NCBI GenBank assembly: GCA_944332715.1
Contig: CALVKN010000002.1
Coordinates: 1 to 63,551, forward strand
DNA: 63,551 nt
Source of the DNA: an uncultured Bacilli bacterium
GTDB lineage: Bacteria > Bacillota_I > Bacilli_A > RF39 > UBA660
Direction: 5' to 3'
Shown here: positions 1-8,976 of the stretch, piece by piece
How positions within the stretch are numbered: the stretch's first letter is position 1
Layout: each line of letters opens with the position of its first letter
The notes under the pieces: model-generated
What the model saw: the letters and a program-made list of their open reading frames with translations, nothing else
What the model was told of the DNA's origin: nothing
The model's database searches: none
Position numbers and translations under genes: made by a program

Positions 1-16
1 ATGTATGTGAATAGTT

Positions 17-150
17 TATAATATTGATTGTGAACAAAAATAGTAGGGTGGCGACCATCCGAAGTTGGTCTATGGAGGACTCAAAGAGTCCTATGAAGTA
101 GAAATGCCTTGTAGTGATGCAAGGTCAGTCAAACTCGTTTGACTTTTGTT
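17..150 (+). ncRNA. Candidate small structured RNA of unassigned family, upstream of priA
   Basis: TATAAT at 17-22. Three short hairpins: gacca/tggtc (53-70), aggactc/gagtcct (76-92), ccttg/caagg (107-124). Then a terminator-like hairpin gtcaaa/tttgac (128-143) followed by TTTT. No ORF. Family not recognised. Confidence 0.25.
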
Positions 151-201
151 CTAGAAACTCTTTAATGTTAAAATAAAAATGCAAGAAAATGAGGTAAAAT
201 T

Positions 202-2379
202 ATGTATGCAAATGTAATAATAGAATATGGTGTAAAATCATTAAATAAAACATTTATTTATAAAGTCCCTGATGCATTAAAAGACAAAATAAGCGTAGGA
301 ATGAAAGTATATGTTCCCTTTGGTAAAACGGAAGTATTTGGTTTTGTTGTGGATTTAAAAAATAATAATGATACAGAGTATGATGCTAAAGAAATTATTA
401 GAATAGATAATGAAGAATTAGTATTAAATAAAGAACTTATGGATGTAGGTGCATATTTATCAAGTATTACATTGTGTACACTAATAACTGCTTATCAAAC
501 AATGTTGCCATCCTCTTTAAAAATAAAAAAACAAGAACATAGTTATGATTTATATGATGAATATTTAGTATTAACTGATAAATTAAAAGCCATGGAATAT
601 ATTTGTAAATACCCAAGAAGAATTGCTCAGATTAAAACAATAAATAATATTTTAGAAGTAGGTAAATTAAATAAAAAAGAAGTATCTAGTGAAATAGTTA
701 AAGCCCTAGAAGATAATAATATTGTAAGTATTGAAAAGGTAAGTAAATATCGTATTAATAAAGATAACAATGAAGCAATTAAAAAAACACTTACTAAAGA
801 ACAAGAAAGTGTTTATAGAAGTGTTCTTTTTAATAAGCATGATACCTATTTGTTATATGGAGTTACAGGTAGTGGAAAAACAGAAGTTTATATCAAATGG
901 ATAGAAAAATGTATTAGCGAAGGTAAAACTGCTATTATGCTTGTTCCGGAGATTGGCCTAACTACGCAAATTGCCAAGAGGTTCTATGAGGCATTTGGTA
1001 GTGATGTTGCTATATTCCACTCATCGCTATCAGAAGGTGAAAAATATGATGAATATTTAAAAATCTTGCGTGGTGAAGTCCATGTTGTCGTAGGTACACG
1101 TAGTGCCGTTTTTGTACCTTTAAAAAATCTAGGGATAATCATTATTGATGAAGAAGACAGTAGTAGTTATAAACAAGATAATAATCCAAGATATCATGCA
1201 AGAGACATTGCTATATACCGCGGAAAATACAATAATATTCCTGTTATTCTTGGTAGTGCTACTCCAACACTTGAAAGTAAAGCAAGGGCTGATAAAGGTG
1301 TATATAAATTATTAAGACTTTCTAGTAGAGTGGGTAATGCTAAACTTCCTTTAATTCACGCGGTTGACATGGAGCCAGAGATGAAAAAAAGGAACATGAT
1401 ATTTAGTGAATTTTTGCAAAATAAAATTAAGGAAAAACTAGCAAAAGGGGAACAAATAATTCTTCTTCTTAATAGAAGAGGTTTTTCTACATATATTACC
1501 TGTAGTAATTGTGGGTTCACCTATAAATGTCCAAGTTGTGATATAACCCTAACTTACCATAAATCAACTAATAATTTGATTTGTCACTATTGTGGATATC
1601 AAAAAAAGCGTGATGAAATGTGTCCTGAATGCCATGAAGCAAGTTTGAATTATTATGGCCTTGGTACGGAAAAGTTAGAAGAAAAGATTAAAGAATTTTA
1701 TCCAACTGCTAGAGTAGTGCGTATGGATCAAGATACAACAAGAAATAAAGGCATGCATGAACGTATTATCAATGATTTTAAAGATTATAAATACGATATA
1801 TTACTAGGTACGCAAATGATTAGTAAGGGCCTAGATTTTCCTAAAGTAACACTTGTTGGGGTCATAAATGCTGATGCATCATTAAATATACCAGACTATC
1901 GAAGTAGTGAAGTAACTTATTCTTTGTTAAGTCAAGTATCAGGTAGGGCAGGAAGAAGCAACATGCCTGGAGAAGTAGTAATTCAAACATTTAATCCAGA
2001 TCATTATGTAATAGAGTGTGTAAAGGAAAATAATTATGATAAATTTTATTTACAAGAAATGCAGTTTAGAAAGAATTTAAAATATCCTCCATATTATTAT
2101 TTAGTAAGTATTAAAGTAATTGGTAAAAATTATGAAGAGATAATTACTAATGCTAAAAAGGCTAAAAAATACTTAGATGATAATTTGAATAAAGATACAA
2201 TTATTCTAGGACCAACAACAGCATCAGTATTTAAATTTAATAATGAATATCGTATGCAAACAATAATAAAATATAAATATGATGATAAATTAATGGATGT
2301 ATTAAAAGATTTAGATAATATATTTATAAATAATAAAGAGTGTTATTTAGAAATAGATTTTAATCCATTACGCATATAA
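202..2379 (+). CDS. priA: Primosomal protein N' (replication restart helicase PriA)
   Basis: 725-aa ORF. Walker A GVTGSGKTEVY, DEED box (IIIDEEDSSSYKQ), Cys-rich zinc-binding insert (CSNCG...CPSCD...CHYCG...CPEC), helicase C-terminal motifs (QVSGRAGR). Confidence 0.95.
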   Translation: MYANVIIEYGVKSLNKTFIYKVPDALKDKISVGMKVYVPFGKTEVFGFVVDLKNNNDTEYDAKEIIRIDNEELVLNKELMDVGAYLSSITLCTLITAYQTMLPSSLKIKKQEHSYDLYDEYLVLTDKLKAMEYICKYPRRIAQIKTINNILEVGKLNKKEVSSEIVKALEDNNIVSIEKVSKYRINKDNNEAIKKTLTKEQESVYRSVLFNKHDTYLLYGVTGSGKTEVYIKWIEKCISEGKTAIMLVPEIGLTTQIAKRFYEAFGSDVAIFHSSLSEGEKYDEYLKILRGEVHVVVGTRSAVFVPLKNLGIIIIDEEDSSSYKQDNNPRYHARDIAIYRGKYNNIPVILGSATPTLESKARADKGVYKLLRLSSRVGNAKLPLIHAVDMEPEMKKRNMIFSEFLQNKIKEKLAKGEQIILLLNRRGFSTYITCSNCGFTYKCPSCDITLTYHKSTNNLICHYCGYQKKRDEMCPECHEASLNYYGLGTEKLEEKIKEFYPTARVVRMDQDTTRNKGMHERIINDFKDYKYDILLGTQMISKGLDFPKVTLVGVINADASLNIPDYRSSEVTYSLLSQVSGRAGRSNMPGEVVIQTFNPDHYVIECVKENNYDKFYLQEMQFRKNLKYPPYYYLVSIKVIGKNYEEIITNAKKAKKYLDDNLNKDTIILGPTTASVFKFNNEYRMQTIIKYKYDDKLMDVLKDLDNIFINNKECYLEIDFNPLRI

Positions 2380-2450
2380 AGTGTAAAGAATGTAAATTTT
2401 GTTTTATAAATAGTAAAAATATGATAAAATATTTTTAGGAGGATTGATTT

Positions 2451-3011
2451 ATGACAGGATGGATTGTATTAGGTGTTATAGTAGTAATAGTTATACTAAT
2501 AATTGTTTGGGGTATCTCAACTTACAATAAATTAATTGATTTAAGAAACCGTGTAAAAGATCAATGGTCTCAAATAGATGTTCAATTAAAAAGAAGGTTT
2601 GATTTAATCCCTAATTTAGTAGAAACTGTTAAAGGATATGCTAAACACGAATCAGAGACTTTAGAATCTGTAATTCAAGCAAGAAACACATATGTTTCTG
2701 CAACAACACCAGAAGCACAAATGAAGGCTGATGGTGAACTTGAAAAAGCAATTTCGAAATTATTTGCTCTTGCAGAAAGTTACCCAGACTTAAAAGCAAA
2801 TACTAATTTCCAACATTTGCAAAGTGAACTTACAGAAACTGAAGGTAAAATTGCTAGTGCTAGACAATTTTATAATGATACAGTACTTGTATATAATAAT
2901 AAAATTGAAATGGTACCAAGTAATATTATTGCTTCTTTATTTAGGTTTACAAAAGAGGCATTCTTTGAAGCGGATGAAACTGAAAGAGAAAATGTCCAAG
3001 TTAAATTTTAA
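2451..3011 (+). CDS. lemA: LemA family membrane protein
   Basis: N-terminal TM helix. Conserved [41 protein letters not shown] typical of LemA. Paired with a downstream DUF2207-like gene. Confidence 0.9.
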   Translation: MTGWIVLGVIVVIVILIIVWGISTYNKLIDLRNRVKDQWSQIDVQLKRRFDLIPNLVETVKGYAKHESETLESVIQARNTYVSATTPEAQMKADGELEKAISKLFALAESYPDLKANTNFQHLQSELTETEGKIASARQFYNDTVLVYNNKIEMVPSNIIASLFRFTKEAFFEADETERENVQVKF

Positions 3012-3033
3012 AGACGTGCCAACGTCTTTTTTT
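3011..3033 (+). terminator. Intrinsic terminator/attenuator between lemA and the DUF2207 gene
   Basis: Hairpin aagacgt-gcca-acgtctt followed by a T-run, immediately before the RBS of the next gene. Confidence 0.55.
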
Positions 3034-3042
3034 AGGTGAGTT

Positions 3043-4893
3043 ATGAAAAAAATATTATTTAGTTTATTTGTATTTTTATGTTTTCCTATAATTACTTTAG
3101 CGGCAGATTACACTATCGAAAGCTATATTATTGATGTAAATATCTTAGAAAATGGCGATGCTGAAGTATCAGAAATATTTTTAGTTAATGGATCATTAAT
3201 TAATGGATATAAAATGAATCTTTTTTATGAAAGTACTGCTAGTTCCCTACATGCATCAGATATAAGTAATATTAAGATATCAGGAAAAAATGCAAGTAGT
3301 ATATCTTTTAATACATTTTCTGATATATTTACTGAATATGAATTAGTTAATCATGCTATTGATGGCTTAGTAGATAAATATACAGTTACACCATTAGATA
3401 GTGGTTATGAAATACTTATGTATCATCCATTAAATGGAGAAAGATATGTATTTAAATTAGATTATACCTTAGAAGATGTTGTAATTGGTCACAATGGCTT
3501 TGCGGAGTTCTATTGGAATTTTTTTAGTGGAGAATTGCCAGATAATATCCACGATTTACAAGTTAGAGTAACACTGCCAGGATTAGATGAAAGTGATACA
3601 TTCCGTTTTTGGGCGCATGGTCCCCTTTCTGGAAAAATAAATGATGCTAGCAGTAATACAAATAATATCGTGTTAGCAACTATTGATGAATTAGAGGCAA
3701 ATGGAATACTTGATATCCGTATTACTTTTGATAATAGACTTGTAAATAATTTAAGTGAGTATAGTGCAGATACTTTGGATGATATAATTGAAGAAGAAAC
3801 TAAAAGAGCAGAAGAGGCTAATGCTCTAAGGGAAGATATTCGTTTTAAATATTATACTGCGTTAGTAGCAACAGTTATTTTCTATATTGCCTTAGTTGCA
3901 TCAGCAATCTATATTTATATAAAATATGATAAAGAAAGAAAACCAATATTTAAACTTAAATATAATCGTGAATTTATTGATGATTACAATGTAGAAGTAG
4001 TTGATTACTTAATGCATAAAAATATCACAGAAAATGCCTTAAGTGCATCAATTATGAATTTAGTTTACAAAAAAAATATAAAAGTAGAAAAAATTGAACA
4101 AACAAAAAATGACTATTTATTTACTCTTATTAGTAGAGACAAATTAAATGATACTGAAAATGCTTTAGTGGATTTTCTATTTACAAATGTTGGAAAAGGT
4201 AACACATTTACTACAGCTAATTTAAGAAATTATGCAAGTAGTCCTAAAACTTGTCAAACATTTATGAATACTTATACCAACTGGAAAGGGTTAGTCATAA
4301 AAGACGGCGAAACTCAAGAATTTTTTGAAAGTAAGAAAAAATATGTTATAGTACCATTTATATTATTAATAATATCTATATTACTTATGGTATTTATTAT
4401 TTATTATAATATTGAACTAATACCTGGAGTAATTACAGTTTTATTTGCTATATTTTTCTTAATATATGTTTTATCATTTAGTAAAAAAACGCAGAAAGGT
4501 ATTGAACACTATGCTAGATGGCAAGCATTTAAAAATTTCTTAAATGATTTTGGCAATTTTAGTATAAAAGAACTTCCTGAAATAGTATTGTGGGAAAGAT
4601 ATTTAGTTTATGCTACCATTTTTGGACTTGCTGATAAAGTAGAAAAAACAATGAATGTTAAAATTAATGAAGTTAGCACTGCCGATATTGACTATTATAC
4701 TCTAAATTATATAACTAATATTCATATTGCTAATTTGATTACTACATCAATGCATTCTGCAATTAATTCATCTCAAGTTGCTATAAATCAAATAAATGCT
4801 TCATCTAACATGAGTAGTGGTGGAGGATTTGGTGGTGGATTCTCATCAGGCGGTGGCTTTGGTGGTGGTGGCCGCAGTGGTGGAGGATTTTAA
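3043..4893 (+). CDS. DUF2207-type membrane protein with Gly-rich C-terminal tail
   Basis: Signal peptide, extracellular N-domain, several TM helices, C-terminal SSGGGFGGGFSSGGGFGGGGRSGGGF tail. Canonical partner of LemA. Confidence 0.85.
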   Translation: MKKILFSLFVFLCFPIITLAADYTIESYIIDVNILENGDAEVSEIFLVNGSLINGYKMNLFYESTASSLHASDISNIKISGKNASSISFNTFSDIFTEYELVNHAIDGLVDKYTVTPLDSGYEILMYHPLNGERYVFKLDYTLEDVVIGHNGFAEFYWNFFSGELPDNIHDLQVRVTLPGLDESDTFRFWAHGPLSGKINDASSNTNNIVLATIDELEANGILDIRITFDNRLVNNLSEYSADTLDDIIEEETKRAEEANALREDIRFKYYTALVATVIFYIALVASAIYIYIKYDKERKPIFKLKYNREFIDDYNVEVVDYLMHKNITENALSASIMNLVYKKNIKVEKIEQTKNDYLFTLISRDKLNDTENALVDFLFTNVGKGNTFTTANLRNYASSPKTCQTFMNTYTNWKGLVIKDGETQEFFESKKKYVIVPFILLIISILLMVFIIYYNIELIPGVITVLFAIFFLIYVLSFSKKTQKGIEHYARWQAFKNFLNDFGNFSIKELPEIVLWERYLVYATIFGLADKVEKTMNVKINEVSTADIDYYTLNYITNIHIANLITTSMHSAINSSQVAINQINASSNMSSGGGFGGGFSSGGGFGGGGRSGGGF

Positions 4894-4900
4894 CTCAATA

Positions 4901-4999
4901 TTGCATAATTTATAAAAATTTGATATATTATAAATGTAAGTGTTACCCGTATGGAGTAACGCCTGCACTAAGTCAGAGCGCTATTTTCAGCGCTTTTTT
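4901..4999 (+). ncRNA. Candidate ~60-nt small RNA (promoter plus two hairpins plus terminator)
   Basis: TTGCAT (4901-4906), 17-nt spacer, TATATT (4924-4929). Hairpin gttac/gtaac. Then AGCGCT-attttc-AGCGCT hairpin (4977-4994) with a T-run. No plausible ORF. Confidence 0.25.
4977..4999. terminator. Palindromic intrinsic terminator
   Basis: AGCGCT-attttc-AGCGCT stem-loop with TTTTTT on the + strand and an A-run upstream. May also terminate DUF2207 gene transcripts. Confidence 0.6.
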
Positions 5000-5254
5000 C
5001 ATGGTTTCGATCAAGAATGATGAGAACCATAATTATTATTACTTGATAAAAAAGATTATCTTTCATAACCATGTCTCACTTTCATCCCAATCTCCCAAAA
5101 GTTTCCCCCTGAAAGTGAATTACTCACAAAGAAAAGCAGGTGCCTACCACATAGGTAACGGATATCTATTCTAAAGTTAAATAAATATAATTGCAAGAAA
5201 AATCGTGCGACAAAATAGGACATACAAACAAAAATAAAGCGCCAATATAACACT

Positions 5255-5458
5255 TTATTTTTGTTTACTAAACCCTTTTATATATTCTATTAAATCCTTA
5301 TCTTTTATTTCTAATGCATTAACTAATTTAGATAAAGTCTCTAAACTAGGAATTTCTTCTTCATTTTCAATCCTTTGTATAGTCCTAGTATTTAAATCAG
5401 CTTTATCTGCTAATGCTTCTTGAGTTAAATTTAACTTTTTGCGATATTCTTTGAACAT
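5255..5458 (-). CDS. XRE-family helix-turn-helix transcriptional regulator (67 aa)
   Basis: LNLTQEALADKADLNTRTIQRIENEE is a classic Cro/C1-type HTH. Divergent from surface-protein paralogue 1. Confidence 0.9.
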   Translation of the reverse strand: MFKEYRKKLNLTQEALADKADLNTRTIQRIENEEEIPSLETLSKLVNALEIKDKDLIEYIKGFSKQK

Positions 5459-5528
5459 AGTTTTTACCTCAAAATATTATTTCACATGAGCGGTGTTCAT
5501 GCCACGGCGATAAAACCACATTTGAACG

Positions 5529-5557
5529 TTGACACGGTATAAACACCGTGATAAAAT
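5529..5557 (+). promoter_or_regulatory. Sigma-A-type promoter with embedded palindromic operator
   Basis: TTGACA (5529-5534), 17-nt spacer, TAAAAT (5552-5557). Perfect palindrome CACGGT-n6-ACCGTG (5533-5550) fills the spacer. A related half-repeat CACGGCGATAAAACCACA lies about 30 nt upstream. Confidence 0.55.
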
Positions 5558-5588
5558 TAAATTACATAATACAATAGGAGAAGTTGAT

Positions 5589-8090
5589 ATGAATAATAAG
5601 AAAAACACATTTTTTTTAGTTATCGGAGCAATTACATTAATTGCCGTAACCCTTGGTGCAACATATGCCTACTTTACAGCCCAAAGTGGTGGATCCGGCA
5701 ATATTGATACTAGTGTTATAACTGGAACAACAGACCTTATATCTTTTGCCTTTGGTAGTGAAATAAATATCTATGCAACCGAAGAAAACTTTGGACAAGG
5801 TATGGGAAGTATTAGTGATTCAACAACAGCTCAAGCGTTACTTAGAGCAAATAACACAACTAATAATGTAACGACTAGATATAATATATATCTAATAATT
5901 GAAGAAAATGATTTTGTATATTCAACAGATGAACAAACACCAGAAATACTTTTGAATGTAACAGATCCAAATGGTAATAAAGTAGAAAACATAACGGGGC
6001 TAGTTCATTATGAAGATGGCTTTGATATAACAACTAGAACCGGAGGATTTTTGCTTGTACCAGATTATGAAATAAGTGCAACTGATACACAAACAGTTCA
6101 AAATTGGAATGTCGAAGTAACATTAGTAAATTTAAATTCTGACCAAAATGTAAATACCGGTAAAACCCTATCAGGAAAATTATATTTAACTCAAGAACAA
6201 ATGAGTAGTTATGAATTAACCGAAGTAAATAGTGTTGATGCAACAACAACCTACAATAGTATAACAGTAACACCAGAAGTAACACCAGGAAGCGCAAGTA
6301 TAGATAAATATTACTACGGTATTGAAAATACAACAGATACTGTAGCGTATAATAGCACAAATAAATTAACAAAATTAAGTAATACATTGGCAAGTGTGGA
6401 AGATGTAAACTTCATCGAAAGCGATGAATCTAGTTATACATTCAGTAACTTGGAACCAAGCAGTAGTTATACCATATATAGTTATACAGTAGATGAAAAC
6501 AAAATTAAATCAAATGTTTATTCAACAAGTATTACAACAAATGAATATGAACTACCTACAGTAGATTCAGTAAGTCATAGTGTAACATTAAATAGTATAT
6601 CTCTAACAGTAAATGCAAGTAATGGAAGCACAGACATTGTTAAATACATGTACAGTAAAGATAATGGAGCATCTTGGGAAGAAAGTACAAGTAATACTTA
6701 TACATTTAATGATTTAACAGATACAACAGAATATAAAATAAAAATAAAAGCTGTTGATTCTCTGGGTCATGAATCAACAGAATATTATGAAGCAATAACT
6801 ACTGAAATTTATATATTGCCAGTTATTTCTAGTGTAAATTCATCCACAACATGGAATAGTATCACATTAACACCAAGTGGAACAAATGGAACAAATACAA
6901 TAGATCACTATGAATATTCCATAGATAATGGAGCATACCAAACAAGTAATGTATTTAATAATTTAACGGATAACCATGAATATGTAGTAAGAGTAAAAGC
7001 GATTGACACTGCAGGCAGAGAATCAAATGTATATGAAATGAATGTAACAACAGATGCATATACATTACCAACTATAACAGTTACAACATCATCAACAACT
7101 AATAGTATAACGGTTAATGTAAATGCAACACCTGGGGATGGTTCTATAGTAAGTTATCACTATTCCAGAGATAATGGAAGTAACTATACTACTAGTAGTA
7201 GTAATTCATATACATTTAGTGGCTTAACAGCAGGAACAACATATTATTTAAAAGTATATGTAACTGACAGTAATGGAAGAACTTCTAGTATGTATGTAAG
7301 TAATATAACAACAGAATCAAATACTTTTGCTAATTATATAGTTAATAATGTGTATACTGGAACAGATGGGGAAAATGGGTTATACTATCATGATGGACAA
7401 GGAAGTTATACAAATGCAGACCGAGAGGCAGGAGATAATTCCTATAGATATAGTGGAGCAAATCCGAATAATTATGTATGTTTTGGGTCTGATGCAGCAA
7501 GTTGCCCAAGTGATAATTTATATAGAATCATTGGGGTATTTGATAATCAAGTAAAATTAATAAAATCAACAAGTTATGGAAATTATGTGTGGGATTCAAG
7601 TGATTCTAATGTTTGGAGTAGTTCAGATATAAATAATACATTAAATAGTACATATTTGAATTCTCTAGGAAGTACATGGAGTAGTAAAATAGAGACTCAT
7701 ACGTGGTATGTTGGTGGCCATACAACATATAATGCCTCAGCGAAAGGATTTTATAACGCTGAAAGTAGCGGAACTACATGGAACGGAAAAGTCGGTTTAA
7801 TGTATGTAAGTGATTATGGATATGCGGCAAATTCTAATGCTTGGTCTAATGCTCTTTATTATTATGATGAGTATTCATCAACTAATTGGCTTTTTTGGGG
7901 CAGTATTGAATGGACAATTGCTCCGAACTCATCGAACTCGAATGGCGTGTTCTACGTGTACTATGACGGCTACTTGTACGTCAGCAACGCGTGCCTCGGC
8001 TATTCAGCCCGGCCTGTCTTTTATCTGAATTCTAATGTAGTACTAACAGGGGGAACTGGCACAGCCAGTGACCCATACCGGATAACTTAA
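5589..8090 (+). CDS. Secreted surface protein, paralogue 1: TasA/camelysin-type signal and N-domain, FN3 repeats, variable C-terminal domain
   Basis: ATG at 5589 behind AGGAG (the track ORF starts too early). N-terminus MNNKKNTFFLVIGAITLIAVTLGATYAYFTAQSGG. Repeated ~90-aa units with Y(T/K)FxxLxxxTxYxIxVxA(V/I)D FN3 signatures. C-terminus ends RPVFYLNSNV..GTGTASDPYRIT. Two close paralogues at 31403 and 33948. Confidence 0.85.
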   Translation: MNNKKNTFFLVIGAITLIAVTLGATYAYFTAQSGGSGNIDTSVITGTTDLISFAFGSEINIYATEENFGQGMGSISDSTTAQALLRANNTTNNVTTRYNIYLIIEENDFVYSTDEQTPEILLNVTDPNGNKVENITGLVHYEDGFDITTRTGGFLLVPDYEISATDTQTVQNWNVEVTLVNLNSDQNVNTGKTLSGKLYLTQEQMSSYELTEVNSVDATTTYNSITVTPEVTPGSASIDKYYYGIENTTDTVAYNSTNKLTKLSNTLASVEDVNFIESDESSYTFSNLEPSSSYTIYSYTVDENKIKSNVYSTSITTNEYELPTVDSVSHSVTLNSISLTVNASNGSTDIVKYMYSKDNGASWEESTSNTYTFNDLTDTTEYKIKIKAVDSLGHESTEYYEAITTEIYILPVISSVNSSTTWNSITLTPSGTNGTNTIDHYEYSIDNGAYQTSNVFNNLTDNHEYVVRVKAIDTAGRESNVYEMNVTTDAYTLPTITVTTSSTTNSITVNVNATPGDGSIVSYHYSRDNGSNYTTSSSNSYTFSGLTAGTTYYLKVYVTDSNGRTSSMYVSNITTESNTFANYIVNNVYTGTDGENGLYYHDGQGSYTNADREAGDNSYRYSGANPNNYVCFGSDAASCPSDNLYRIIGVFDNQVKLIKSTSYGNYVWDSSDSNVWSSSDINNTLNSTYLNSLGSTWSSKIETHTWYVGGHTTYNASAKGFYNAESSGTTWNGKVGLMYVSDYGYAANSNAWSNALYYYDEYSSTNWLFWGSIEWTIAPNSSNSNGVFYVYYDGYLYVSNACLGYSARPVFYLNSNVVLTGGTGTASDPYRIT

Positions 8091-8159
8091 TACTGGACAG
8101 TTTTAGAAAAATATGGGAAAAAACAAGTAAAAAAGGATATAAAAATACGCCCGATAGTA

Positions 8160-8196
8160 AATCCACAGATTTATAATGATGAATCTGTGGATTTTA
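8160..8196 (+). terminator. Intrinsic terminator of paralogue 1
   Basis: 12-bp stem aatccacagatt/aatctgtggatt followed by TTT. Confidence 0.7.
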
Positions 8197-8255
8197 TACA
8201 TGCTAAAAACAAGTAACGAGGTTACTTTAAAAAAATATATTGAGATAAAGTAATA

Positions 8256-8882
8256 CTAGGTATCATAAAGAGTAAAAGTAATAGGTAACCTGAATTTTCT
8301 AGTAGAATTAACAGCCATTTTAAATAACGTTAAACCAGATTTAAACCTAGAAATGACTCTGTAGGTATTGTTAGTTTTAGGATTTCTACGAGTAATAGTT
8401 ATACCTAAATCTTTATAACATCTAGAGTTTTTAGATATTTCAGTGCCAAGGCAAGTAAGATAAAGATTGGCAATACAAACTAAAGAATAAAGATTGTCAA
8501 AAGCATGAAGATTTTTTATGCCGCATTCTTCAAGATAAAAACCATTGGTTTTTTGAGATTTAAATAAAAATTCAATACCACCAACTCTATAACCAAAATC
8601 TATAATAGTGTGTTTATAATCTCCATTGGTAGCAATAACGTGTTTAATAATAAAATCATAGAAATTAATAGGATCAAAAAGATTATTGTTAAAGAATCTG
8701 CGAATTCTTTTGACTTTAGAATCAAATTGCACATTATCAAAGTCAAAGCCTTTTAAATGTTTAGCAATATCGGATGCAACAGCAGATTTAGCATTAATCA
8801 TACCCCAAATAATGTGAGGTAAAATATTAAGCTGAGTTTTTCTAATAAAAGGAACATAATCTTTTAGAAATTTATTGCATAA
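8256..8882 (-). pseudogene. IS4-superfamily transposase relic (internally deleted, no complete DDE domain)
   Basis: Open frame of about 208 codons with no proper start. N-terminal-type segment (LPHIIWGMINAKSAVASDIAKHL..KRIRRFFNN) is fused directly to a C-terminal-type Y-R-E-K segment (YRVGGIEFLFKSQKTNGFYLEE). Too short for a functional transposase. No inverted repeats identified. Confidence 0.5.
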
Positions 8883-8976
8883 ATCAAATACTTATGTTAT
8901 AATCTAATGGACCCAAAAGGTATATAATCCGCTGTATTTAATATAAGATTATAGGTGAGTATAAGGAGGTAAAGTA

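Noticed and set aside
2824-3039. 71-aa ORF overlapping the 3' end of lemA
   Set aside because: Alternative frame of a conserved LemA gene. Runs through the terminator hairpin. No RBS.
4920-5253. ORFs 4920-5174 (+) and 5056-5253 (-) in the DUF2207/XRE intergenic region
   Set aside because: No Shine-Dalgarno sequence, implausible composition, they overlap each other, and the + ORF reads straight through a strong terminator hairpin. The region is treated as possible small-RNA space instead.
5529-5588. N-terminal extensions of track ORFs. Starts at 5529, 18256, 28767, 29097, 31394, 33939, 45807, 51703, 51747, 53418, 54025 and 61587.
   Set aside because: In each case an internal ATG has a proper AGGAG-type RBS. 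The extension also overlaps a promoter, a neighbouring gene or the hidden precursor peptide. Coordinates in the feature table use the internal starts.
6034-6393. Antisense or alternative-frame ORFs inside long genes. Examples: 6034-6393, 9096-9299, 9450-9647, 11528-11740, 16495-16905, 19563-19781, 21904-22101, 22353-22589, 24275-24469, 24687-24887, 34580-34777, 35908-36121, 37988-38185, 39747-40112, 40137-40511, 47929-48201, 52362-52682, 54390-55190, 55588-55877, 57961-58191, 61619-61852, 62493-62684.
   Set aside because: All lie fully within well-supported genes on the other strand or frame. They have no RBS and show low-complexity, Leu/Ser/Ile-rich compositions typical of shadow ORFs in AT-rich, codon-biased DNA. 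The 54660-55190 ORF merely mirrors the 219-bp coding repeat.
7348-8028. Same-strand alternative-frame ORFs 7348-7554 and 7810-8028 within paralogue 1
   Set aside because: Out of frame with a conserved three-member protein family. The second ORF is open only because the GC-rich patch removes AT-rich stop codons. I report it as a compositional anomaly, not as a gene.
7920-8087. A complete diversity-generating retroelement in this window
   Set aside because: No reverse transcriptase ORF and no template-repeat copy of the GC-rich patch could be found by eye anywhere in the 63.5 kb. The DGR idea is kept only as one testable explanation that requires genome-wide data.
8256-8882. Functional IS4-family insertion sequence
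   Set aside because: The frame lacks a start codon and the whole DDE catalytic core, with the N- and C-terminal-type segments fused in about 208 codons. No terminal inverted repeats were recognisable. It is annotated as a relic only.
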